Position numbers and translations under genes: made by a program. Under the pieces are notes generated by a model. The model searched no databases. It saw only the letters and a list, made by a program, of their open reading frames with translations, and was not told where the DNA came from. DNA of 62,713 nucleotides, counting the filler. It is 4 parts of 4 records of this genome, joined end to end, with 100 filler letters (N's around TTAATTAATTAA, not from the genome) between each part and the next. Parts side by side here need not be neighbours in the genome. Positions count along the whole stretch, not along the records: positions 28,902 to 35,690 come from SRR20825010_4776; positions 35,791 to 58,700 come from SRR20825010_4780; 2 more parts are not named here. One strand, written 5' to 3'. Numbering within the stretch: the first letter of the stretch is position 1; every line of letters begins with the position of its first letter. This document shows positions 28,902 to 39,038 of the stretch, piece after piece.

Positions 28902-29524
28902 ACATTATCGGAGTAGTGAAAGATTTCAACTTTGAGTCTCTACACAATAAAATAAGTCCTCTGTTTATCGCGCTGCATAATGAAAATGGGGGCCGCATTC
29001 ATATCCGAATAAAAAGCAGCAACCTGAATGCCACGATCGCTTATATCAAAGATGTTTGGACGCGGTTCGACACCCAACACCCCTTTGAATATACCTTTCT
29101 GGATCAGGAATTCGAAAAGCAGTATCGGGCAGACCAAATCCAACAGCAGCTTATCTCTATTCTCTCCTACATCTGCATTTTTGTTTCATTACTCGGACTG
29201 ATCGGTCTTTCCGCATTCACAGCCGGCAGAAAGGCTAAAGAAATTAGTATCCGAAAGGTGCTTGGAGCCAAAGTTTCAACTCTACTTTTGCTGTTTTCGA
29301 AGGAGTATTTCCGACTCATCGTCATTGCTTTTGTGATAGCCGTTCCCCTGGCCAATTACATCATTGTGGAGTGGCTCGCACGCTTTGCATATCAGATGCC
29401 TATCCGCTGGTATTACTTCGTTATTCCGGGAATGGTCGTGCTTGTGTTGGGTCTTTGCACTGTTGCCCTGCAATCCTTGAAATCTGCAAAAGCAAATCCT
29501 GTGGATGGTTTGAGGAGGGAGTGA
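28902..29524 (+). CDS. MacB/FtsX-family ABC transporter permease, C-terminal part
   Basis: IIGVVKDFNFESLH, KEISIRKVLGA and ANPVDGLRRE, typical of Bacteroidota permeases. Confidence 0.92.
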
Positions 29525-29767
29525 TCAAACTTATTCTCGCTGGAAGTAGGCAGAATAACTTAATAGTTAAATTATTTGCAGCTAATCTTCAAGAAGGCAA
29601 CAATTCCTAGCTTTCAGTCAGCTATCTTCGCGGTTGGAAGTGTCGTGATAAAAGGCGAATTAGAAATTCCCTTTTACACCATCGAAAAAATTCAGCCCCT
29701 AGCCTATTAACAAAATTTAAACTGAGATTCACTCTGAAAGGGTGGTCTCGAACGGATATTTATTTTT

Positions 29768-30631
29768 ATGACTCAGACGATCAACACACGGGAACTCATT
29801 AGCGATCAGGAATTTAACCTCCTCATGGGCGCAAAACCGTTTACTCCCGAGTTGACGCCTATTTCTTATGCTGATCGTGAGGCCATCATGGATTTGGTAC
29901 TGTCCGAAAACATTGAGTACCGCTACATCAACGGATCGTGTGAGGATCGCGCACACTACATTTCCCTTTTGCTCAAAAAGCATGGGATCCAATCCGGAAA
30001 AATCTGGAATTTCGCTCCGGCGCGGTACACGTTTCTATCTAACGAACTTTTCGAAATCAGTGACCCATACGGCATCACAGGAGCAGTCACCTGGGGCTAC
30101 CACGTTGCTCCCTACTTGCGAGGCTACAATCAGTTTGGGAAAATAGAAACACTGGTAATCGACCAGAGCTTTAATCCGAATGGCTTCATAACCCAACAGG
30201 AGTGGCTAGATCGAATGGAATGCCCAAGGGCGATTCACCTGCTAACTGATTCGGACAGCTATCTATTCAACTCCATCTACGGTTATGTGGATTACCACAT
30301 TTCTAGTTACGAAACCTATTACCAAACGCCGCTGGACATTCCATCGATAATAACCGGTAATTTTTGGGTACTCTACCCGGGGGATGATTTTGTACAGCGG
30401 GGACTGGCGATTAATGATCTGGCAATCGAGATTTTTAACATCAAACAACTCCTCAGCCCTAAACAGGGTGGTTTTCTTAGCAGGGTGCTGGAAAATATTG
30501 ATGACGTCATTCGCCTAACAGCCACGACCAAACCCGATTTTTTAAGTAGTCACACGTTTGAACATCTTATCAACTTTTACCGTTCAAGGTATCATTTTTG
30601 GCAAGACAGAATCGGTCAGTTATCGTTCTAA
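29768..30631 (+). CDS. Protein-glutamine glutaminase-like protein (Cys-His-Asp triad)
   Basis: GSCEDRAH, WGYHVAP and VIDQS correspond to GCYARAH, WSYHVA and IIDPS of Chryseobacterium protein-glutaminase. Confidence 0.8.
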   Translation: MTQTINTRELISDQEFNLLMGAKPFTPELTPISYADREAIMDLVLSENIEYRYINGSCEDRAHYISLLLKKHGIQSGKIWNFAPARYTFLSNELFEISDPYGITGAVTWGYHVAPYLRGYNQFGKIETLVIDQSFNPNGFITQQEWLDRMECPRAIHLLTDSDSYLFNSIYGYVDYHISSYETYYQTPLDIPSIITGNFWVLYPGDDFVQRGLAINDLAIEIFNIKQLLSPKQGGFLSRVLENIDDVIRLTATTKPDFLSSHTFEHLINFYRSRYHFWQDRIGQLSF

Positions 30632-30718
30632 TTATCCTGTAGAAATTGAATAACACTGTTCATATTGCACATCAGCGAAACCATTCGTAGAAGAAAACAT
30701 CTATTTAGAAGAAAAACA

Positions 30719-30764
30719 CCATCAATTGATAGTATTATTTTATATTTTTGCTATCAATTGATAG
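30719..30764 (+). promoter_or_regulatory. Bacteroidota -7 promoter element flanked by two palindromic operators
   Basis: CCATCAATTGATAG (30719-30732), TATTTTTG = TAnnTTTG (30743-30750), CTATCAATTGATAG (30751-30764). Confidence 0.7.
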
Positions 30765-30765
30765 T

Positions 30766-30963
30766 ATGAATGATAGAGCTATGATGTGGTTTGATGGGTC
30801 TTTGTTTCAATCAGGAACAGAAAAGGAATTTAATGAGGCTTCACGAAAAGTGGAAGTACGAGAAATCAACGGGTTTGGTAATCTAAACCTACCGCAGGCC
30901 AAGCAGGTCGTTGATAATTTGAACAGATCAAATATCATACAGGAGTTGTGGAACAACCACTAG
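30766..30963 (+). CDS. Small hypothetical protein (65 aa) or gene remnant
   Basis: ATG directly after the second operator; no family recognised. Confidence 0.45.
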   Translation: MNDRAMMWFDGSLFQSGTEKEFNEASRKVEVREINGFGNLNLPQAKQVVDNLNRSNIIQELWNNH

Positions 30964-30992
30964 GTTAGCCCTGATGACAAGAATACTTCAAC

Positions 30993-32954
30993 TTACGCTT
31001 TAATTGCTGGCGCATACCCAAACTGCTTCTGAAACTGTGATTTAAAATTAGTCACGTTGGTCATGCCAATCGACTTGGCTGCTTCCGACAAACTCGCTAC
31101 TTTTTTCTCTTCCAAAAGAATTTTCACATGTGTGAAGCGGATTTTTTTAATAAACTCCAGTGGTGTCATTTCCAGTTTGTCCTTGAAAAACCGAAACATT
31201 TTTCGTTCACTCACAGCCACTTCGCTAGCCAGGTCATACACACCCAATAAGGAATTACTCAATTGAAGTTGGACATATTTTTCCAACTTTTCAATCATGG
31301 TTCTCGTGGCATTTTCAATATCGTATTTCTCAAAAACGGAGGAAAACGAAGCTGCCCCCCCTTGCCGGATCAATTCCTCCACCCGAAGCAGTAGTTCATC
31401 ATGATCAAAGTTTTTGGGCATAAAATTAGATACACCAAACGTGAGTGCCTTTTTTCTGGCTTCCACTTCGTACCTCGAAGAAACAATCAAACATGGGATA
31501 TTGATGTAGCTTTTGTCTTCTTGTATTTTTTGGAGTAAACCAAATCCATCCAAAACAGGCATCATCAAATCGGTGATGATAAGATCAATCTTATACCTGC
31601 CTAGTTTTTCGAAAGCATTCGCTCCATTGTTGGCTTCAATTACCCGGTAGTTACCAGAGAGGACTTCCCTAATGACTTCCCTAACGTCCGGATTATCATC
31701 TATAACCAGTATGGTACCCTTTTGATTTTCCATTGGCGCTGCGGAGACTGGAATATCCGTAAATGATTCCTGAAGGTTAGGTTTTAACGTATCGGTAGGT
31801 GTATACCTGAACCCTCTGTCAAATACAACCGGATCCACCGTGGGAAGGGTAATTATGAAATTTGTCCCCTGGCCGGATGTTTCAACGGAAATCTTTCCAC
31901 TATGTAGCTGTACAATCTCCTTGGCTATACTCAAACCTATTCCCAGTCCACCTTTCTCAGACGAGAAGCCATAAAACCGATCAAATATCCGATCTATTTT
32001 ATCCTCCGAAATCCCCGGCCCTTCGTCTATAATAGAAATGGTTACATATTTACCTACTGTACTACAAGTCACCTTAATGGTGCCTCCCTGGGGGCTATAC
32101 TGAGCGGCATTGGACAGAAGATTGTACAGTACTTTTTCAAATTGCTGCGCATCTAAGGAAACACATGTTTCCACTGGCAGTTTCACCTCAAGTAGCAATG
32201 TCACACGCATGGTCTCCTGCAAAAGAGGCCTCAGAACGCTCAACACGTCCTCCAAAACAATGACTATCGGAAAAGTCATCAGAGACATTTGTAATTGACC
32301 TTCTTCGAGCCTGACCAATTCCCTTATTTCATCCGAGAGGTAATTAAGCTTGTTACCAAGTTTCTTGATCTTTTCTAATTTGCCCAGCGTACTATCCGGC
32401 AGGTAGTCGGAATGTGCACTCAACAACAAGTCTGTTTGACCCAAAATTAGGTTTATTGGTGTTTTTAAATCGTGAGAGATGTCGGCAAAAAAGCGAGACT
32501 TGGCTTCCGATAAGACTATTAGCCGTTCATTCGTCTGGCGCAAGGATTTTTCCGTCATTGCCAAACGCAGGGTGTTTTTAATCCTGGCCTGAAATTCAAG
32601 TTTATCAAAGGGTTTGCGCAAAAAATCGTGCACGCCAACATTGAAAGCCACAGTAAGCTCGGCAGCATCTATTCGGATGCCTGTCGTCATTATAACCGGG
32701 ATATGTCTGGTACTCGCTTCTTCCTTGAGTTGACGGATGAACTCAAGACCATCCATTTCGGGCATTTCCCAATCCGTAATAACAAGGTCGGGCAGGTACT
32801 TGCAGGCCAGCATAAAGCCAATCTTTCCATTAGGAGCGGTATAAACCTGGCGATCGACACCCATTTCCCGAAGGCAATTCATAATATGTGCCAGGTTTTC
32901 AGCTTGGTCGTCCAGGGCGAGTACTGAGAAGTCGTTCAGTTTCAGTTCATCCAT
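30993..32954 (-). CDS. Cytoplasmic hybrid regulator: REC-HisKA-HATPase-REC-AraC-type HTH
   Basis: TDWEMP (REC), SHDLKTP (H-box), NLLSNA/DEGPG/GLGIGL, TDLMMP (REC) and C-terminal FKSQFQKQFGYAP. Confidence 0.92.
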   Translation of the reverse strand: MDELKLNDFSVLALDDQAENLAHIMNCLREMGVDRQVYTAPNGKIGFMLACKYLPDLVITDWEMPEMDGLEFIRQLKEEASTRHIPVIMTTGIRIDAAELTVAFNVGVHDFLRKPFDKLEFQARIKNTLRLAMTEKSLRQTNERLIVLSEAKSRFFADISHDLKTPINLILGQTDLLLSAHSDYLPDSTLGKLEKIKKLGNKLNYLSDEIRELVRLEEGQLQMSLMTFPIVIVLEDVLSVLRPLLQETMRVTLLLEVKLPVETCVSLDAQQFEKVLYNLLSNAAQYSPQGGTIKVTCSTVGKYVTISIIDEGPGISEDKIDRIFDRFYGFSSEKGGLGIGLSIAKEIVQLHSGKISVETSGQGTNFIITLPTVDPVVFDRGFRYTPTDTLKPNLQESFTDIPVSAAPMENQKGTILVIDDNPDVREVIREVLSGNYRVIEANNGANAFEKLGRYKIDLIITDLMMPVLDGFGLLQKIQEDKSYINIPCLIVSSRYEVEARKKALTFGVSNFMPKNFDHDELLLRVEELIRQGGAASFSSVFEKYDIENATRTMIEKLEKYVQLQLSNSLLGVYDLASEVAVSERKMFRFFKDKLEMTPLEFIKKIRFTHVKILLEEKKVASLSEAAKSIGMTNVTNFKSQFQKQFGYAPAIKA

Positions 32955-35690
32955 TTAATTGTTCATTTTTTCCTTTAAAACCGACCTGATTTCTTCGAGG
33001 TAATGCGCATCAAAATTTACCAGGGCTTTGGTTATCCTTGCGGCGAGTTCCTCCATGAAATCAGATTCCAGTTCCTTCAAAAAATCGATTTGCCTATACC
33101 ATTCTCCTGTCTGATACATATCCAAATCGAATAATTCAGAATGTGATTGCAGATATTCTTTATCGCTGAGCGACATCTCTACCCATTTTTCCTGTGAGTT
33201 GTATTCCGTAATTAGGGTGTCCGATGGGGGGCTTGCAGGCAATTTGGAAACCAGTGGAAGGCAAAATGAAAATGAACTTCCCTTGCCTGGTTCAGAAACA
33301 AGTTTGATCTCTGAACCGTGAGCTTCGACCACCAATTTGCAAAATGTAAGCCCTAACCCAAAGGAACGCGAACCGCGCATAGACCTGGCCTGGCTTTGGT
33401 AGAATTTATCAAAAATCCTTTGCTGATCTTCCTCTGCCACACCCCTACCACGATCGAAAACGGTGATGCAAATAAGCTGCCCTTTCTGCTCGCCTTCTAT
33501 ACTAACTCTCTCAGATACTGGTGAAAACTTTATAGCATTGGTCAACAAATTAATTATCACACGTTCGATGAGTGCCCTATCCGCTTGGATCAGGCATGGG
33601 GCTGGCAAATTGTGCCAAAACTGTAGGCTTTTGTTTTTTGCCAATACGCTCAAACCGTTAAATATGGATTCAACTAGACAGGCAAGATCGAATTTTGAAG
33701 GATTGAGCTGTATAGCCGAGTCCTCCAGTCTTTGAACGTCCAGCATATTATCTATCAGTAGCAACATGTTTTGCCCCGATCGCTGGATAATTTCGGTTGC
33801 CGATTCGTCCATCTTGTCCGTAGCTGAGGCCATTATGGAAACGAGCGGATTCTTGAGATCGTGGGCTACCATATTTACCAATGAGTCTTTGAAGCGCTCC
33901 AATTCGACTTGCTGCTGATAGGCTTCACGCAGTTGCATATTTCTTTTTTGAATGGTTTCGGTTCTTCTGTTAACCCGCTTAACCAGTTCCCTTTTTTGCC
34001 TTTTGAGATTTCCAATTCGGCGAAAATAGTATCCGATTGCCGTTACGAAAACAAACAGGAGTGCTGCTATTCGAAACCACCAGGTCATGTACCAGGGTGG
34101 TACGATCTCAAACGGAAAAGAAATGAAATCCGGATTCCATAGCCCAGCGTCGTTATTGGAGCGAATTCTTATTTCGTAATGGCCCGGCCTAAAAGATTCA
34201 AATTCCAGCTCGCGTCGAAACCCAATGTCCCGCCAATCCATATCCAAACCGATTACCTTATAGGCGTAATTGATTTTCTCAACCTTTTGTGGGTTGACCG
34301 CCGAAAATTCGAATGCAATACGGTCCTTATAGTCTATTTTCAGATCATCCCAATCACGAATACCCTCATCGGCAACTTTCAAAACATGGAAGGCCAGCTT
34401 AGGAAACTCGGCTGTATGCGTGACCTGATCAGGATTAAAACTTGTGATCCCGTTTTTTCCTCCGAAATAAAAATACCCCTCCTTATCTACCATGAAAGCT
34501 GAAAGACTAAAATCAATTCCGCAGATACCATCACCCGAGGTATACACAGTAAATTGTTCCGTTTCCGGATCGAAATGATTCAATCCATAATTGGTGCTAA
34601 TCCAATAAGTGCCATCACTATGACGTATCATACCAAGTGTATTGTCATTGGACAAACCATCCTTCATCATATATACCTGAAACGTATGGTTTTTGAGATC
34701 GAGTTTATTGATACCGCCACCAAGTGTGGTAATCCACAAATGGTCATCATCAGGGAAGAGATGTAATACTTTATATTCTGAGATACTCTGGTCATTGCCA
34801 AACTGAGGTACGAAATGTAGAAAGTCCCTTGTCTCAGGATCGTATCTATTTAGTCCTCCACCATAGGTGGCAATCCACATAAAACCCTGATCATCTTCAT
34901 GAAAGGATGTGATATGATCATCACTCAGGCTGTTGGCATTTTGTTCGTCGTGCCGAATATGGCTAAACGTATTGGACGTAGCATCATATAAGTCAATTCC
35001 AGCCCCATAGGTACCCAACCACAAAACTCCTCTGGAATCTTCGTAAATAGTCGTAATAATATTGAGAGATATACTTGCATCGGGATTGTCCGTATCAGGA
35101 GAAATTCGTTTAAAATTACCTGTGGCCCGATCCATCAGGTTAAGACCACCACCCCATGTCCCGACCCAAAAGTTTCCCCGACTGTCTTCGAACATACATC
35201 GCACCCAATCATGGCTTAAGCTTAATGGGTTGCTCGAATCATGCCGATAATGCTTAAATGATTTCTTTGGCCCATCCTGAATAAGGTTGAGCCCTCCTCC
35301 AAAAGTACCAACCCACAAATTATCAGAATGATCCCGGTACATGCTGAATACATGGTCATCTGACAATGAGCTGATATCCTTAGGGTTGTGGGAATAATTA
35401 TGAAAGGGGACTTTCAATAATTTATCAAACCCGTTGAGATAGAATCCAACAAATACATTTCCATTAGTACTTAATACGATATTCGTGACGTTGGAATTGA
35501 ACAGGCCATTCTTACTTCCTTCTTCCTCAGCGTAGTTCAATACCCGACCGGTTTCACCTTCAAAAGTATATAGGCCATGAGTCGCTGTTCCAATCCAAAT
35601 GACCCCATCCGAATCTTGTTGTAGGCATTGTATTTTTATTCCCTCAAAATCCGTTGGAATCGCACCAAGAGTGAAAGTATGCTTATCCAG
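32955..35690 (-). CDS. Sensor histidine kinase with beta-propeller repeats, Y_Y_Y-type domain and TM (5' truncated)
   Basis: Repeated WVGTxGGGLN units; PPWYMTWWF-TM; AHDLKNP; NLLTNA; GLGL; frame open to the contig edge. Confidence 0.93.
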   Translation of the reverse strand: MDKHTFTLGAIPTDFEGIKIQCLQQDSDGVIWIGTATHGLYTFEGETGRVLNYAEEEGSKNGLFNSNVTNIVLSTNGNVFVGFYLNGFDKLLKVPFHNYSHNPKDISSLSDDHVFSMYRDHSDNLWVGTFGGGLNLIQDGPKKSFKHYRHDSSNPLSLSHDWVRCMFEDSRGNFWVGTWGGGLNLMDRATGNFKRISPDTDNPDASISLNIITTIYEDSRGVLWLGTYGAGIDLYDATSNTFSHIRHDEQNANSLSDDHITSFHEDDQGFMWIATYGGGLNRYDPETRDFLHFVPQFGNDQSISEYKVLHLFPDDDHLWITTLGGGINKLDLKNHTFQVYMMKDGLSNDNTLGMIRHSDGTYWISTNYGLNHFDPETEQFTVYTSGDGICGIDFSLSAFMVDKEGYFYFGGKNGITSFNPDQVTHTAEFPKLAFHVLKVADEGIRDWDDLKIDYKDRIAFEFSAVNPQKVEKINYAYKVIGLDMDWRDIGFRRELEFESFRPGHYEIRIRSNNDAGLWNPDFISFPFEIVPPWYMTWWFRIAALLFVFVTAIGYYFRRIGNLKRQKRELVKRVNRRTETIQKRNMQLREAYQQQVELERFKDSLVNMVAHDLKNPLVSIMASATDKMDESATEIIQRSGQNMLLLIDNMLDVQRLEDSAIQLNPSKFDLACLVESIFNGLSVLAKNKSLQFWHNLPAPCLIQADRALIERVIINLLTNAIKFSPVSERVSIEGEQKGQLICITVFDRGRGVAEEDQQRIFDKFYQSQARSMRGSRSFGLGLTFCKLVVEAHGSEIKLVSEPGKGSSFSFCLPLVSKLPASPPSDTLITEYNSQEKWVEMSLSDKEYLQSHSELFDLDMYQTGEWYRQIDFLKELESDFMEELAARITKALVNFDAHYLEEIRSVLKEKMNN

Positions 35691-35790
35691 NNNNNNNNNN
35701 NNNNNNNNNNNNNNNNNNNNNNNNNNNNNNNNNNTTAATTAATTAANNNNNNNNNNNNNNNNNNNNNNNNNNNNNNNNNNNNNNNNNNNN
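35691..35790. other. Artificial contig linker
   Basis: N-run with central TTAATTAATTAA. Confidence 0.99.
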
Positions 35791-36165
35791 GCCCCAGGCC
35801 ATGGGAATCAGGTCCACGGGGATCAAGTCAAAGGTGTTCATGACAATGATCCACAGAAACACGGTCAATGCCAGTGGGGCAATGAAGGTTCTGTCGCCGT
35901 GCACAATGGCTTTGGATTGGTTTTCAACCATCTCCACCAACATTTCGACGAAACCTTGAAAACGGTTCGGCACGCCAGAGGTGGCTTTCGAGGCTGCTTT
36001 GCGCAGAAAGAAAATAACGAGAAGACCTGACAGGATGGAAAAAAACATCGTGTCGAAGTTGATCACTGAGAAATCGACGATAAATTTTTGCTTATCGGTA
36101 GCGAAATGCTGCAAGTGATGGACGATGTACTCTGAGGGGGTAAGCCCATTCGGTGAAGATGCCAT
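35791..36165 (-). CDS. atpB: ATP synthase F0 subunit a, N-terminal part (3' truncated)
   Basis: EYIVHHL, ATSGVPNRFQ and IAPLALTVFLWI motifs. Confidence 0.95.
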
Positions 36166-36167
36166 AC

Positions 36168-36518
36168 TTATCTCAAGAAAAATGCCAAAAAATAGCTTTT
36201 GAGGGTGACGATCGCTGTTAGGATCAAGGACCACCAAACAATGTTCGGGTCAACTTGACTCGCTACAAACATAATCGCGATTGTTGCGCCAACCTTCAGG
36301 AATTCTCCGGCCAAAAACACAAAAGTTCCGCCCATGGGGGTTTTACTACCCAAGGCCAACCGCGCGGCGAACAATGTGCTCGGCAACGCAACGGCGACGA
36401 AACCCCATGCAGCAGACTGTGCGTGAACAGGGGACACCAACAACATAAGGAGGCATACAGCCACCCCGACGACCCATTGGAGCCCGACAATTTTCCACAT
36501 TTTTTGCTGCACCGCCAC
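36168..36518 (-). CDS. atpI: ATP synthase protein I
   Basis: Small four-TM protein with GEFLKV, between parB and atpB. Confidence 0.85.
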   Translation of the reverse strand: MAVQQKMWKIVGLQWVVGVAVCLLMLLVSPVHAQSAAWGFVAVALPSTLFAARLALGSKTPMGGTFVFLAGEFLKVGATIAIMFVASQVDPNIVWWSLILTAIVTLKSYFLAFFLR

Positions 36519-36580
36519 ATTTTACCTATTTCGGGTACGTATTTTCCCGTAAGGCGCACGTGTTTTTGACAAACCGCCAG

Positions 36581-36610
36581 ATTATAGGGGTTTGTAAGGC
36601 CCTTCGTCAA
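36581..36610 (-). promoter_or_regulatory. Sigma-70 promoter of the atp operon
   Basis: Minus strand TTGACG-18nt-TATAAT. Confidence 0.75.
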
Positions 36611-36650
36611 ACGAAAACGGCTTATTTTTCACACCGATTTGGTGCAAAAG

Positions 36651-37532
36651 TTAAAGCTCTTCTTTGGGGAAGCCGATGCGCTCCAGCACACCGTCCAATT
36701 CGTCCAGACTGTTAAATTTAATAGTAACACTGCCTTTGCCATTTGGATTGGCTTTTAATTGAACCGCGCTGGCCAACCAGTCTGCCAAGCCCTCTTCGAG
36801 ACGACGCACATCGGCGGTTTGCCTGGGTTTGGTTGCCAACCGATCGTTGTCACTGGCCCAGTCATTGACCAGCTTCTCAGTTTCACGCACGGACAAACGC
36901 TTGTTTACCACTTCATTGGCGCATGCAATTTGTTCAGCTGCGGTCAAGGCCAGCAAGGCACGGGCATGGCCCATTTCAACATCACCGGCCAACAACATGG
37001 TTTGAACCGGCTCGGCCAGGTTCAACAAGCGCAACATATTGCTTGTTGCACTGCGGGATCGACCAATGGCTCGGGCTGCGTCTTCGTGAGTTAAATTGAA
37101 TTCACGAATCAAACGCTGCACACCCAAGGCCTCTTCAAGCGGATTCAAGTCTTCACGCTGAATGTTTTCAATCAGCGCCATGGCCAAAGCAGACTCGTCG
37201 GGAACTGCACGCACCAGCACAGGGACTTCTTCCAGGCCCGCTATTTTGGAGGCGCGGAAACGGCGCTCGCCCGCGATAATTTCATACTTACCAGAACCAA
37301 CAGGGCGGACCAGGATGGGCTGCATGATGCCCTGGCTTTTGATGGATTCAGCCAACTCCATGAGCGAGGACTCATCCATTCGCGAACGCGGCTGGTATTT
37401 GCCAGCCTGCAGCTTGCCCAATGGCAGCATCATGACCTGCTCACCCATGTCTTTGTTGGCGTCATCACCAGAAGGGCCCAATAGTGCTTCCAGGCCCCTT
37501 CCCAGACCTTTTGTACGTTTAATTGCGTTCAT
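36651..37532 (-). CDS. parB: Chromosome partitioning protein ParB
   Basis: GLGRGL, QPR, GERRFRA and ENIQREDL motifs plus HTH. Confidence 0.97.
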   Translation of the reverse strand: MNAIKRTKGLGRGLEALLGPSGDDANKDMGEQVMMLPLGKLQAGKYQPRSRMDESSLMELAESIKSQGIMQPILVRPVGSGKYEIIAGERRFRASKIAGLEEVPVLVRAVPDESALAMALIENIQREDLNPLEEALGVQRLIREFNLTHEDAARAIGRSRSATSNMLRLLNLAEPVQTMLLAGDVEMGHARALLALTAAEQIACANEVVNKRLSVRETEKLVNDWASDNDRLATKPRQTADVRRLEEGLADWLASAVQLKANPNGKGSVTIKFNSLDELDGVLERIGFPKEEL

Positions 37533-37553
37533 ATTTTCTTCTGCTGAATTTGG

Positions 37554-38330
37554 TTAGGCTGCGATGGGCAGACCCAAGCGTTCGACCATTTCATTGGCGA
37601 AATCAAGATAAGCCCTGGCACCTTTGCTGGACTTGTCGAACAACACGCCGGGCACGCCATAACTGGGCGCTTCGGCCAATCGAACATTGCGCGGAATAAT
37701 GGTTTTGAACACCTTGTTGCCAAAGTGCTTTTCGAGCTGGGCGGAAACTTGTTGCGCCAAGGTCATGCGCGGATCGTACATTACACGCAACAAACCAATA
37801 ATGGTCAAATTCGGGTTCAGGTTTTTGCACACCTGCTTGATGGTGTTCACAAGGTCGCTCAAACCTTCCAGTGCATAGTATTCGCACTGCATGGGAATAA
37901 CCACGCCATTGGCGCAGCACAGGGCATTCAAGGTAAGCAATGAAAGGGCGGGCGGACAATCGATCAGAATGAAGTCGTACTGGCTGTCCACCTCGGAAAT
38001 CGCTTCGCGCAGCTTGATTTCGCGGTCTTCAAATTCAACCATTTCCACTTCGGCGCCTGCCAGCTCACGGTTGGCCGCCAGTACGTCGAAATCGCCTTCA
38101 GCGCGCACGGTGGCTTCTGCCACGCCCACCATGCCGACCAGCACTTGGTAGACCGTGTGCTTGACGCTGCGCTTGTCAATGCCGCAACCCATGGTGGCAT
38201 TGCCTTGCGGATCCAGATCAACCAACAACACGCGCTGCTTGGCCATGGCCAAACCCGCAGCCAAATTCACCGCAGTGGTGGTTTTTCCCACGCCACCTTT
38301 CTGGTTGGCAATGCAGAAAACTTTCGCCAT
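37554..38330 (-). CDS. parA: Chromosome partitioning ATPase ParA
   Basis: KGGVGKTT deviant Walker A, DLDPQGN, IDCPP and EAPSYG motifs. Confidence 0.97.
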   Translation of the reverse strand: MAKVFCIANQKGGVGKTTTAVNLAAGLAMAKQRVLLVDLDPQGNATMGCGIDKRSVKHTVYQVLVGMVGVAEATVRAEGDFDVLAANRELAGAEVEMVEFEDREIKLREAISEVDSQYDFILIDCPPALSLLTLNALCCANGVVIPMQCEYYALEGLSDLVNTIKQVCKNLNPNLTIIGLLRVMYDPRMTLAQQVSAQLEKHFGNKVFKTIIPRNVRLAEAPSYGVPGVLFDKSSKGARAYLDFANEMVERLGLPIAA

Positions 38331-38360
38331 CTTCTTGTCCTGTGAATGAATGTTTCGATT

Positions 38361-39038
38361 CTAGCGTTTAATCAGGAACAAGTGCCTTGCCTCGTCCAGG
38401 AATGGCACTTGAATTGGGTGCAAGGCTTCAATTCGCCAACCTGCGGGTACTTCCCTGTCCACTTCCGCCCTGCCCTTCAAGGCCGCAAACTGGCCGTTTT
38501 CTGCAAGCAGGTGCTGACCAAGGGCAATAAAAGTGTCGATACTGGAAAAAGCACGGGAGCAAATCAGATTAAACGGCGCATCCGCCTGAAACTCTTCTAC
38601 CCGACCGTGCACAGCTTGGGCATTCTTCAAACCCAGGCTTGCAATGGCCTGCTGCATAAAAGCAGCTTTCTTCTGAACGGTGTCAATCAGCGTAACGTGC
38701 CAGTGGGGTTGGGCGATCGCCAACACCAAACCGGGCAAGCCAGCACCCGCGCCCACATCCAGAATTTTTGGCTGGGGCGTAGATTGAAGTGCAAATGAAA
38801 CTTCAGGCAAAATCGCCAGGGAATCGAGCAAATGGTGCGTGATCAACTCGCGATTGTTTCGAATGGCGGTGAGGTTGTACACCCGGTTCCATTTCTGGAT
38901 AAGCTGCCCGTATTTGAACAATTGACCATGCTGCTCAGCATTCAAGCCCAAACGCAGCTGTGCAATGCCTTCATTCAACAGCGTCTGATCTGAAGACCCC
39001 AGGGTTTCAGACTTTGGTTTTCGGTGCAGTGAACTCAA
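38361..39038 (-). CDS. rsmG: 16S rRNA m7G527 methyltransferase
   Basis: [25 protein letters not shown] and SRAF motifs. Confidence 0.96.
   Translation of the reverse strand: MSSLHRKPKSETLGSSDQTLLNEGIAQLRLGLNAEQHGQLFKYGQLIQKWNRVYNLTAIRNNRELITHHLLDSLAILPEVSFALQSTPQPKILDVGAGAGLPGLVLAIAQPHWHVTLIDTVQKKAAFMQQAIASLGLKNAQAVHGRVEEFQADAPFNLICSRAFSSIDTFIALGQHLLAENGQFAALKGRAEVDREVPAGWRIEALHPIQVPFLDEARHLFLIKR

Noticed and set aside
34550-35690. Periodic sequence that might suggest a CRISPR or tandem array
   Set aside because: It is protein-level beta-propeller repetition within the sensor kinase, with no identical nucleotide repeats and no cas genes.
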